Below, one piece after another: positions 28,397 to 38,477 of a stretch of 64,000 bases of DNA. The DNA is from an uncultured Bacillota bacterium (GTDB taxonomy: Bacteria > Sysuimicrobiota > Sysuimicrobiia > Sysuimicrobiales > Segetimicrobiaceae), in NCBI GenBank assembly GCA_963804645.1, contig CAWDRG010000004.1, forward strand, positions 32,001 to 96,000, read 5' to 3'. Positions within the stretch are counted from its first letter, which is position 1. Each line of letters opens with the position of its first letter. Under the pieces are notes generated by a model. It had not been told where the DNA came from. It made no database searches and worked only from the letters and a program-made list of their open reading frames with translations. The position numbers were made by a program, and so were the translations under genes.

Positions 28397-29230
28397 ATGG
28401 CACGGGGGGAGCACGCGCAGGTGAAGATCCAGAGCGAGGGGATGCCGGCGCCGGAGCCGGCGGAAGGGTCCGAGCCAGATCAGCTGGCTCGATTTCGGGA
28501 GTACCGCCGCACGGGCGAGCGGCGCCTGCAGCAGGAGTTGATCTGCCACTACCTGCCGCTGGTGTCGAAGATCGCCCGCCGGTACGTCCGGCCGGGGGCG
28601 GCGCTCGAAGATCTCTCGCAGATCGGGACGATCGGATTGATCAACGCGGTGAAGACGTTCGATCCCGAGCGCGGGGTGAAGTTCGAGACGTACGCGTTCC
28701 ATCACGTCGCCGGCGAGATCCGGCATTTCCTGCGGGACGGGCTCGAGCCGGTGCGGCGGCCGCGGTGGGTCCGCAAGCGGTACGGCGATCTCGCGGCGGT
28801 CGTCGCGCGGTCGCAGCAGGAGCTGGGCCGGACGCCGACGCTCGCGGAGATCGCGGTGCGGATGAACATGACCGAGGACGGCGTCGCGGAGATCCTGCAG
28901 GCGTACCACCAGGGACGCGTGCGGTCGATCAACGAGCTGCCCGAGGACCAGGAACTCCGGCACGACGTGGCGGTCCGGGAGCCGCACGGCTCCTGGCAGA
29001 CGCTGGTCGAGGACCGGATCGTGCTGCTGCAGGCGATGGACAGCCTCGCCGCGCTCCAGCGGCAGGTCGTGTACTACCTGTACTATCAAGGATTGACGCA
29101 GAGCGAAGTGGCGGTACGCCTCGGGGTGTCCCAGCGGCACGTGTCGCGCCTGCTGGCATCCGCGCTGCGGCGCCTCGCAGGGCCGCTGCGGGCCGCGGAT
29201 CTCGATGCGCGGTCGGTGACCGCGTCCTAG
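28397..29230 (+). CDS. SigB/SigF/SigG-family sigma factor
   Basis: EDLSQIGTIGLINAVKTFDPERGVKFETYA..GEIRHFLRD and TQSEVAVRLGVSQRHVSRL. Confidence 0.9.
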   Translation: MARGEHAQVKIQSEGMPAPEPAEGSEPDQLARFREYRRTGERRLQQELICHYLPLVSKIARRYVRPGAALEDLSQIGTIGLINAVKTFDPERGVKFETYAFHHVAGEIRHFLRDGLEPVRRPRWVRKRYGDLAAVVARSQQELGRTPTLAEIAVRMNMTEDGVAEILQAYHQGRVRSINELPEDQELRHDVAVREPHGSWQTLVEDRIVLLQAMDSLAALQRQVVYYLYYQGLTQSEVAVRLGVSQRHVSRLLASALRRLAGPLRAADLDARSVTAS

Positions 29231-29349
29231 CCCGCCGGAGTCGCGCGGGCGCCGGCGTGGTTACGGCTGGCGCCCGCGTTGCGTTTCCGGCGGGGGGTCT
29301 GACTGCTTACGATCGGGCCGCCGTGCGCCCCGGCGCAGCACGCGTACGG

Positions 29350-30444
29350 CTAGGCGCCCGGTGCGGCCCCCCAGGCCGTGCGCAGAAACCCCAGCCAATT
29401 GCCGTGCATGATCTCCGCGATATCCCGGGGCGGGTAGCCGCGGTCCTCCAGCAGGCCGACGATATGCTGGAGATCGGCGATCGTGTCCAGGTCATGCGGG
29501 GTCCCCTCACGCCCGAATCCCCCATCCAAGTCGGTGCCGATCGCCGCATGGCGGCAGCTTCCGGCCACCTGGCAGACGTGATCGATGTGCCGGACGACGT
29601 CGCGCAGCGTGATGTGGTCGTTGGGATCGCCGTGACGCCATCCGGGGACGATCATCCAGCAGTCGAGCGCCGCCCCGATGACGCCGCCGCGTTCGACGAT
29701 GGCGCGGATCTGGTCGTCGGAGAACTGGCGCTGATGCGGCGCTAGGGTCCGGCAGTTATTGTGGCTCGCTATGACGGGTCCGTCCCAGCGCGAGAGCGTC
29801 TCCCAGAACGCCTGATCGGACGAGTGCGTCAGGTCGACGATCACGCCGAGCCGGCGCATCTCGCCGAGCAGCGCGACGCCGAGGTCCGTGAGCCCGGTCT
29901 CGGTGCCGGTGCCGCCCGCGTAGCGCCCGGGCCCGTAGTGCGTCAACCCGATCAGCCGTAGCCCGGCGCTGTACCACGCCCCAAGTTCGGCAGGCTCGAC
30001 GATGGGGTCCGCGCTCTCCATGCTGATGACGAATCCCAGCGGCGGCGAGTCGGTCCAGTCCGCGGCCGCGTGCGCGCCGTCCCACGCTTCCCAGTCGCGC
30101 ACGTGCGCGTCCAGGGCGGGGGTGTCCGAGAGGATCCGGACGTGCCCCTGCCGCTCCAGGGCCCGGTAGTACGCGAGCTGGCCCTGCGCCGCGCCGTGCG
30201 CCTGTGCCGGCGTGGCATAATCGATGTGCGGCACCGGGCGGCCGGTGGAGCGCCCGATCAAGGTCGCGAAACTGACGGCGACGCGTCCGCGCCGCATCTC
30301 GGGGTAGGCGACCGTGCCGCGCCCCCGCCCCTTGCCGGGCGTATAATTCTCCTGCGTCCGGATCGTGTACACCGATGCGAGCAGGTCGCGGTTCCACTGC
30401 AGGGCGTTCATGGACAGATCCAAGTGCGCGTCGACGATCAGCAC
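29350..30444 (-). CDS. Membrane dipeptidase (peptidase M19)
   Basis: IVDAHLD, VDLTH, ASHNN and IGTDLDGG. Confidence 0.9.
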   Translation of the reverse strand: MLIVDAHLDLSMNALQWNRDLLASVYTIRTQENYTPGKGRGRGTVAYPEMRRGRVAVSFATLIGRSTGRPVPHIDYATPAQAHGAAQGQLAYYRALERQGHVRILSDTPALDAHVRDWEAWDGAHAAADWTDSPPLGFVISMESADPIVEPAELGAWYSAGLRLIGLTHYGPGRYAGGTGTETGLTDLGVALLGEMRRLGVIVDLTHSSDQAFWETLSRWDGPVIASHNNCRTLAPHQRQFSDDQIRAIVERGGVIGAALDCWMIVPGWRHGDPNDHITLRDVVRHIDHVCQVAGSCRHAAIGTDLDGGFGREGTPHDLDTIADLQHIVGLLEDRGYPPRDIAEIMHGNWLGFLRTAWGAAPGA

Positions 30445-30788
30445 CGTAGGTCTCCTCTCAGCACCGTGTGGTCAAGCACCCGGGCGTGGCAGTTCGGCGG
30501 ACTGGCGTCGAGGTCGCCCGGCTTCTTCCCGTCGAGGCTAGCTCATCCCTGGCGCCGGCGTGCGGCGCCGCGGGAGCGGCTTAGAGCGGGCATCGCCGCT
30601 CCGACGCGTACCACGGGTTCATACTCGATCACGGTGCTCGATCCGCCAGGGAACCAGACTCTCCCCCTCGGCATCAACGATGCCGGGAACATCGTCGGGA
30701 AATTCTGCGCAAAAGCCGACCCGAATAGGGGGGTTAGGCCAACTTTCCTTGCCGGAGTGAAATGGCCATTCCATTGTTTATGCAAAAC

Positions 30789-31550
30789 TCAATAACGACG
30801 GACAAGCCCGCGGAGAGAATCGCGCACGCGTTTGAGCGGCGCGAGCCCTCCATCGCCCAGGTACTGCCTCGCGTAACTTGTCGCGAGGTCCCCCCACTGG
30901 TCGCGCTTGAGCGGAAGGATCGCCCGTGCGTAGCGCTCGAGGTAGGCCTCGTCCACCAACACGCAGAGCGCCATCGGCGCGTCGATCCGGATGAGGTGCA
31001 GGTTCATGCCGACCGCGTGCTCCCACTCTTCCACCGCGCGCTTGCCGTGCTCTCGAACGCTCTGGTGCCGGTGGTCCGTGGGTGGGATGAGATCGTCGAA
31101 CATCAGCACCGTGCCCACCCGGACGTGCGGGGTCAGGAGGCGGAGGGCGTCACGGAATCCTTCATAGAGATCGCAATCGATGACGGCAAACCGCACCTGT
31201 TCGATCCCGTACTCCCGGAGGGGCGCGAGCTCGCCAAACATGCCCTTGATCAACCTCGCCGACACTCCGTGCGCGCGCAGGCGGTCCTGCACCAGCTCCA
31301 CGCTGGTGTCCGAGCACACACCTTCGGCCCAGCCCTGCCGGAGGATCGACCTCAACGGGACCTCGGTCGGCGGCATCCCGGTGAACGAGTCGAACCCGTA
31401 CATGAGGGGGGGCGGTGCAAGATACCGCCGCGCGAGACGGGCCATCGTGAGCAGCCCGTCTCCTCGGTACACTCCGAACTCGACGAGGCAGCCGTCGATC
31501 GGAGCCGCGGCCATCAGTTTGAATGCCCGGTGTGCCAGTCTCCCGTACAC
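30789..31550 (-). CDS. TylF/MycF-family O-methyltransferase
   Basis: VEFGVYRG, YGFDSFTGMP, IDCDLYE and MFDD; GGAGG RBS. Confidence 0.85.
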   Translation of the reverse strand: MYGRLAHRAFKLMAAAPIDGCLVEFGVYRGDGLLTMARLARRYLAPPPLMYGFDSFTGMPPTEVPLRSILRQGWAEGVCSDTSVELVQDRLRAHGVSARLIKGMFGELAPLREYGIEQVRFAVIDCDLYEGFRDALRLLTPHVRVGTVLMFDDLIPPTDHRHQSVREHGKRAVEEWEHAVGMNLHLIRIDAPMALCVLVDEAYLERYARAILPLKRDQWGDLATSYARQYLGDGGLAPLKRVRDSLRGLVRRY

Positions 31551-32292
31551 GCGGTGGCCTCCGTGGCGCCCGACACCTCTTGGGCGGATTTTCCATTATC
31601 TGTGCTGGGACACCTTCTGTTGAAGCAATCCAACTGGCTCTTCGGGGACGAGTGTGACCGACGGCCCCATGAAAGGCGGTTCGGGCCCGTCTGAAACCCC
31701 CAACCCCGGACATGGTCGCGCTGGCCACTGATTTCTCAGACACGTCCCCCTCGGCCTCCTTCCCGCCCTCGTTGGCCGCCACGATCGCCGGCTGCTATCC
31801 CGCGGGTCCGGAACAGCGCCGTCAGCCGCACGATCCCCCCGAGCATCCGCCGTGTCAGGTGCCTTTCCGCGGGGTTCTCAGTCCGTAGCCACACAGGAAA
31901 TCCGGGTAGAGGGGCCCTGGGAGGCCGTGGGGGGCCGAAGGGGGCTGGAGGTACGTATTATTCAAGTAGACAGTATGTTATACTCGTCGGGGTTACTGTA
32001 TCGTCGAAGCGAGCGGGCGGGCGTTGGGGGAGCCGTCCTTGGCCTAGAGTCCACTCCCGTCTGTAACGCGTGGAAGTGGGGCATTTGAGGTAGGAGGAGC
32101 GAAACAAGGGTTCGTCGAACGCCGGAGAGTTTGGGCATGTCGCTGGTGTATGGACGCCGGGCGTAGTGCGTCGGTTGGCGCCGACACTGAAGACGGCCGG
32201 AATCGGCAAGTTGTTGCGCGGCGAGGGACGCGATCCGCAACCGCGTGCTGGGTGGGACCACTCATTGGGGAACGACCTGGGGGTCAAGCTCC

Positions 32293-34167
32293 GTGAAACA
32301 CACCGTAACGCTAAGAATGATCGCAGGCGCACTGCTCCTCGTGCTGGTGGTCGGCCTGGTGTGGACGCCGGCACCTGCGGCCGGCCCGCCGGCGGTTACC
32401 AACATTTCCGTTTCTGAGTCGGGCGGGACGTCTCGAGCTCGGCATCCAGGCGACCGGACCGGTCGCGTACCGTAGTTTCACCCTCGGTGATCCCGATCGG
32501 ATCGTGGTCGACGTCCATGATGCCACGGACGGGCTCCCCCGCGATGTCCTGTCGGTCAAGAAGGGGCCGGTCGACATGATCCGCGTCTCGCAGTTCACCG
32601 ACCGGCCGCCGGTGGTGCGTGTGGTGTTCGTCCTCGTTCGGCCGGCCGCGGCCGACGTGTTGATGGCGGCTCCGTCGACCGTGATGGTCGCGTTCGGGGG
32701 CCCGAGAGCCGACCGCCGCGGCGCCGTCGTCTACGCCCCCGGCCGTGCCTGCCGCGGGCGGGATCCCCGCGGCTGTGACCTCGGGCATTACGGCGACACC
32801 CGCCCCCTCCCATGTGCCGCTTCGTGCCGTCAGCGCGGGCCCGCCCGGCATTGACGTGGTGCAGGGGCAGATCGGGACCAGTACCGGGCCGAGCGGCATC
32901 CTGCTCAACTTGGACCTGCGCAACGCGTCGCTGCCGGACGTGATCGACGCGCTGGCGCGGCTGTGCGGCATCAACATCGTGACGGACAGTTCCATCGCCG
33001 GGCAGGTGACGATTCACCTGGTCGGCGTCACATGCGAGGAGACGCTGACGTTCCTGCTCGAGGCGAACTCACTCGGGTCGCGCCGGATCGGGGATACCCT
33101 GATCGTCGAGCCGGCGTCCAAGCTGGCGCCGCCGCCGGCGGGACCGATCGTGGTGGTGTATCGCCTGCAGTATCTGCAGCCCCCAGTCTCCAACGTGGAG
33201 CCGCTCGTGGGGTCGGTTGGCGCGACGTCCGCGGGAGGGTCCGGCGTCTCGGGAGGCGCGGGGCCGGTCCAGAAGAACGTCCAGGCGCTCGTGGCGCTGT
33301 TCCAAGGCACCGGCGCAGGCATCGGGTACGACGACCGGACGAACTCGCTGATCGTGACGGGGACGCCGGATCAGCAGGCCGCCGTCCAGGCGCTGCTCCG
33401 TCAACTCGATGTGCCGCTCAGTCAAGTCCTGGTCCAGACGCTGGTCGTCGACATCACGAGCCGATTCGATATCCGACCTCGGCGTGGAGTGGTCGCTCGT
33501 GTCTGGCAGCGTGTCGACGCCGTTTGAGTTCAGTGAAGTCTCGGCGCCTCCGGCCGGCTTCCTCGCGATCCAGCCAATCCTGCGGGACGCGCTGTTTGCG
33601 AAGATCCACTTGTTCATTCAGCAGGGACACGCCAAGGTGCTGAGCGATCCGCAGATCGCGACGTTCGACGGCCAAGAGGCCCTCATCTTCGCCGGCGACC
33701 AGATTCCGATCACGAACACGACGACTGCGGGGAACCCGCCGGTCACGTCAGAGACCATCACGTTTCAGCCGATCGGGGTGACGCTGAAGGTCGTGCCGAA
33801 GGTGAACGCGGATCGGACGATCAGCGTGTCGGTGCACCCGGTGGTGACCACCGCGACGTCATTTACGCCCCCGACCCCGACGAACCCGAACGGGCTGCCG
33901 AACATCTCGATCCGGGAAGCGGTGACCCAGCTGACGGTGGCGGACGGTGACACGATCGTCATCGGCGGCCTGATGAAATACTCGGACGTGAAGACGATGA
34001 CCAAATTGCCGTACTTCGGCGATCTGCCGTTCATCGGCGCGCTGTTCCGTCTCCAGAACACGTTGCACACGGAGACAGAAGTGATCATCATCATGACGCC
34101 GACCATTCTGGCCACCGCGACCCCGGCGCGCGCCCGCGGCGCCCCCGGCCCCGACCCGTCGCACTGA
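32293..34167 (+). CDS. pilQ: Secretin with N-terminal AMIN domain (PilQ-like), several frameshifts
   Basis: AMIN-like FTLGDPDRIVVDV/IRVSQFTDRPPVVRVV, N0 LDLRNASLPDVI, N3 YDDRTNSLIVTG..LRQLDVP and secretin IGGL..KLPYFGDLPFIGALFR. Frame changes near 32430, 32705 and 33465. Confidence 0.8.
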
Positions 34168-34205
34168 TGTTCCGGCGGGTCTCCGCGCGGCGCGGCAGCC
34201 GGGGA

Positions 34206-35071
34206 TTGATCGTGTGGAATAGGATCGGAGAGCATCCACGCATTCGCCGCGACGGCCGCGCGGGGGCGTCGTGGAGCGACTGGTCGGCCTCGCCGCGCGG
34301 TGGTCCTCACGGCGGGCGCGGTCGGTCTCGCTCCCGCGGCTGCTTAGACCAGCGCCCACGACCTCGTCATGTCGGGGTGGCACGCATACCAGGCCGGAGC
34401 GCTGCCGCAGGCCAAAGAGGCGTTTCTCGACGCCGCCGAGGAGGCCCCGACGTGGGCGACCCCTGCGGTGTGGCTCGGTGCCGTGCTTGTCGCCCAGGGC
34501 GAGCGGACCGTGGCGGCACGGTGGTTCCAGTGTCCCACTCGCGCGCCATCCTACGATGGCGGAAGCTGGCTACGCGACCGAGTGGCTGGCGCGGCTCGGG
34601 ATCGCGGTGTCACGGCCGCGGTGGCAGGTCGGCACGCTCGAGGGGCTCACGGGGTTCGTGCACGCGACAAACCCGTCGTTGTCCGTCGATCAGGCGCGGT
34701 GGGTCGCGAATGCGATGCGTACCGCGGGGGCCCACGAGGGCGTCGAGGTCAACATCCTGGCCTCCGTCGTCTATATCGAGAGTCGGTTCAATCATCAATC
34801 GATCTCCTCGGCCGGGGCGATGGGGCTGGGGCAGCTCATGCCCGGCACCGCCGCCGGGTTGGGCGTCGATCCCCGGGACCCATGGGGAAACGTGGTCGGC
34901 GCCGCGCGGCTGCTGCACGAAGACATCACCGAGTTTCACAGCGTGCCGCTCGGGCTGGCCGCGTATAACGCGGGCAGCGGCGCGGTCGAGCGCTGGGGCG
35001 GCATTCCGCCGTACCCCGAGACGCAGTGGTATGTGTGGGCCGTGCTGTGGATCCGAGATGGGCTTGCGTGA
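34206..35071 (+). CDS. TPR-like + lytic transglycosylase (SLT) protein, N-terminal part frameshifted
   Basis: IESRFN..SISSAGAMGLGQLMPGTA and LAAYNAG..VERWGGIPPYPETQWYV. Start approximate. Confidence 0.75.
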
Positions 35072-35162
35072 CGGGCCCCGCGCTGACTGAGCGGCGGACC
35101 CCGTCACACGGGATGCACGTAATCCGGTCTCGGCGCGCCTCGAGGACGTAGCCGAGCCGCCG

Positions 35163-36745
35163 ATGGCGAGTTCGCCGCTCGCGCATCCGGGCGTGGCGGC
35201 TGTCCCGAAGCGGGGCCCGCTCGCCGAGGCGCCGATCGCCCGATGGGAGTTCTACTCCCTGCTGGGGGTATGTGTCCTGGCGCTCGGCATCCGGGCGCAG
35301 CTTCTCGGGATTCGTCCGCTGTGGTATGACGAAGCGTTCAGCCTGAGCGTCGCGCGGCGCAATGTCTCCGATATCTGGGCCTATGTCGGCGCCGTCGACA
35401 CGCATCCGGTCGGGTATTACGCGCTGCTGCACGTCTGGATCCGGTGGTTCGGGACCAGTCTCTCGGCGATGCGCGCGCCGTCGATGATCCTGGGCATGGG
35501 CGCGGTCGCGCTGACGTGGTTTGTCGGACGGCGGCTGTTTTCTCCGGCGGTCGGCGTCGTCGCGGCCGGGCTCGTCGCGCTGCACCCGTATCAAATCTTC
35601 AGCAGCAACGAGATGCGGATGTACCCGCTCCTGACGGTGCTCTCGCTCATCTCCACGTGGCTGGTCTCGCGCGCCGTCGAGGTGCCGGGCGACCTGCGGC
35701 GATGGGTCGCCTACGGGATCGGCACGGCGCTGCTCGCGTACACGAGCTACTACGCAATCCTGCTGGTGGCCGCGCAGGTGCTGTGGATCCTGCTGTCGCT
35801 GCCGCGCCGGCAGGGGGTCGCCCGGCTGGCGCTCGCCGGTGGCGTCGCGCTCGCCTGCTATCTTCCGTGGTTTCCGGCCGTCATGGCGCTCGGTGGCCGG
35901 CTGCCGTGGGCCTGGCGGGTGCCGCCGGACGTGTACTATGTGGCCAGCCTGATGACGTCCCAGACCTTCGGCACGTACCTGTTCAACACGGGTACCTATT
36001 TCACGATCGGCCATCTGCCGCTCGTCGACTACCCGCTGCTGACCGTTCCGTTCGCGGCGCTGCTCGGGTTCGGTGTCATCGCGCTCCACCGGGCCAACCG
36101 GTGGGGCGGGGGGCTCGTCGCGGCGTCCTGGCTCGTGCCGCTCGCGCTGGTGCTGGTCGTGTCGTACGCGATGCACCTCCAGTTTGCGTTCCCCCGACAT
36201 CTCGTGTTCATCGAGCCGTTCGCCGCGCTGCTGCTGGCGGGCGCGGTCGTGCACGCGGGCGACGCGTTCTCCGGGCGTGCGCGGGCGCTGGCGTCGCTGA
36301 TCGCCGCGTGTCTCATCCTGACATACGTGATCCCTGCGGTCGCGAACGTCCAGGACCGGCAGATGATGGACTTTCGGTGGGATCTCGCGGCCAAGTACCT
36401 GCAGGTGGAGAGCCGGCCGCAGGATGCGACGGTGTACCTGCCCGCCTCGATGGCCCTGCCGCTCACGTACTATCCCAGCCCCTCGGGGCCAGCGCGTACG
36501 TGCCGCTGTCGTCGTTCCACTGGACCGAGCGCGGGGCGGCTCCGGCGGTGCAGGCGGCGATCGAGACCCTGACCGCGCGCGCCTACCCGAGGATCTGGTT
36601 CGTGTTCAGCGACCCGTGGCCAACCGGCACGGTCGAGGCGGTTGCCGCCGGGCTGGGGCGCGCGGGCTATCGGGCGGGGCCCGTCCAGGATTTTCGCCGC
36701 TTGTGGGTCGCCGTGTTTTTCCGCGGCGCCGCGCCGGCGCGGTAA
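35163..36745 (+). CDS. GT-C (GT39/PMT-like) membrane glycosyltransferase, frameshift near 36490
   Basis: LWYDEAFS, DTHPVGYY, SNEMRMY and many TM helices. The C-terminus continues in another frame matching the paralog at 61029. Confidence 0.8.
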
Positions 36746-37454
36746 GGGCGCCGGGACGGTCACCGGCACGCGGCTGCAGCGCGCTGGCGCTCTGTGCGAG
36801 CCCCGTGTCCGGACGGGTGCGGTAGTACCACGTCCAGATCCCGATGACCACGTTCGCGTCGTTGAGGACCGGGGACCCGCTGTTGCCGGGCTGCGGCGCG
36901 CCCTGAAACTGCACCTCAAACAGGTTGGTTCGGTCCGGCGCCAGGCGCGGCTGCAGCGCTTCGCCGACGGCCGTCCACTCCGAGGCGATCGGCGAGAGAT
37001 GCCCGAACCCCGTGACGCGGACGTGCCCGCCCGGCGTGGGGCCCCCGCCGACCATGAGCGCCGCAAATGCGGGCAGCGCGCCGCGGTGCGCCGTCCCCGC
37101 GGTCAGGAACTCACCTCCCGGGAAGCGATAGCCCCAGGTCGTGAAGCGGAACGTCGATGGGCCGAGCTTGATTTCGGCGACGTCGCGGCCGAGCGGGACC
37201 CCGGTGAGCGGCGGCGGCTGTGTCGGGTCGTACGGGAGGGCCGACGCGCACACGACGCTGGCCGAGTAGAACTCCTGTCCCACGAGCGCCAGCAGCTGAT
37301 AGCGGTCCGGGTGCTGCGCGGAGGGATATACGACGTGGCTGGTCGTGACCGCCGTGCCGTCCGGGGCGACGAAGAACGCGCTGCCCGCGATGCCGGGTCG
37401 CGACGTCGCGGTCTCCACGTTGATCACTTGGAACACGCTGGCGCCCCGGGTCAA
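36606..37454 (-). CDS. Trypsin-like serine protease (signal peptide in shifted frame up to ~37611; true end probably near 36760)
   Basis: GSAFFV, TTSHVV, DVAEI and PGNSGSPVL catalytic-triad motifs. Confidence 0.75.
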   Translation of the reverse strand: MTRGASVFQVINVETATSRPGIAGSAFFVAPDGTAVTTSHVVYPSAQHPDRYQLLALVGQEFYSASVVCASALPYDPTQPPPLTGVPLGRDVAEIKLGPSTFRFTTWGYRFPGGEFLTAGTAHRGALPAFAALMVGGGPTPGGHVRVTGFGHLSPIASEWTAVGEALQPRLAPDRTNLFEVQFQGAPQPGNSGSPVLNDANVVIGIWTWYYRTRPDTGLAQSASALQPRAGDRPGALTAPARRRGKTRRPTSGENPGRAPPDSPRAPARRQPPRPCRLATGR

Positions 37455-37766
37455 GCGGCTGCGCGCGCGCCGCGAGACTGAGCGCGAGCACCAGCCCGGC
37501 GACGAGCGGCCCGCGGACGCACGTCACCGCGCGCGCCGCGCGGGCGCGGCGCCCGGCCTGCCGCCGCGCACCCGGATCTCTGCCCAGCTCTGCGTGCGTC
37601 GTCGCGATCACCCCCGATGGTGCGTCGCTCGGTTCTCACCGCACGGCCGGGCGTTCCTGCGCCGGGCGGTGCACCGCGTGGACCGTTCCAGTCCACCCCG
37701 CGTGCGCACCGGCGGCGGTCCGCCGCGCAGGAAAGACACGGCGCGGAGGAGTAGTGGGTCTACCCG

Positions 37767-38459
37767 ATGAGTACCGACGGCCCACGTATCTTGGTCGTGG
37801 ACGATGAGTTGGCGATCCGGCGCTTCCTCCGCGTCTCGTTGACCGCGCACGGCTACCGTGTGTTCGAAGCGCAGCGCGGCCAGGAGGCGCTCGAGACGGC
37901 GGCGGGTCTGCGACCGGACTTGATCATCCTCGATCTGAGCCTGCCCGACGTCGACGGCATCGAGGTGACCCGCCAGCTCCGCGAGTGGTCCAAGACGCCG
38001 ATCGTGATCTTGTCCGTGCGCGGCCAGGACGACGACAAGATCGCGGCGCTCGACGCGGGGGCCGACGATTACCTGACGAAGCCGTTCAGCACCGGCGAGC
38101 TCCTCGCGCGGATCCGCGTGGGGCTGCGCCACGCCGCCGCGCCCGCCGACGACGCGGTCATCACGGCGGGCGATTTGGTCGTGGACGTGGCGCACCGCGC
38201 CGTGACCGTCGGCGGCCGGCCGGTCTCGCTCACCCCGATCGAGTACTCGCTGCTCCGCGCGCTGGCGCTGCACGCCGGGAAGGTGCTGATCCACCGGCAC
38301 CTGATGCAGGAGGTCTGGGGGCCCGGCTACGACCCGGACACGAACCTGCTGCGCGTGAACATCAGCAAGCTCCGCCACAAGATCGAACCCGATCCGGCCC
38401 GGCCCCGCTATATCCTGACCGAGCCCGGGGTCGGCTACCGGCTGCGTGTGGCGAGTTGA
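37767..38459 (+). CDS. kdpE: OmpR-family response regulator KdpE
   Basis: KIAALDAGADDYLTKPF and LRHKIEPDPARPRYILTEPGVGYRL; adjacent to kdpD. Confidence 0.9.
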   Translation: MSTDGPRILVVDDELAIRRFLRVSLTAHGYRVFEAQRGQEALETAAGLRPDLIILDLSLPDVDGIEVTRQLREWSKTPIVILSVRGQDDDKIAALDAGADDYLTKPFSTGELLARIRVGLRHAAAPADDAVITAGDLVVDVAHRAVTVGGRPVSLTPIEYSLLRALALHAGKVLIHRHLMQEVWGPGYDPDTNLLRVNISKLRHKIEPDPARPRYILTEPGVGYRLRVAS

Positions 38460-38477
38460 CGGGGTGCGCGCGCGTGA

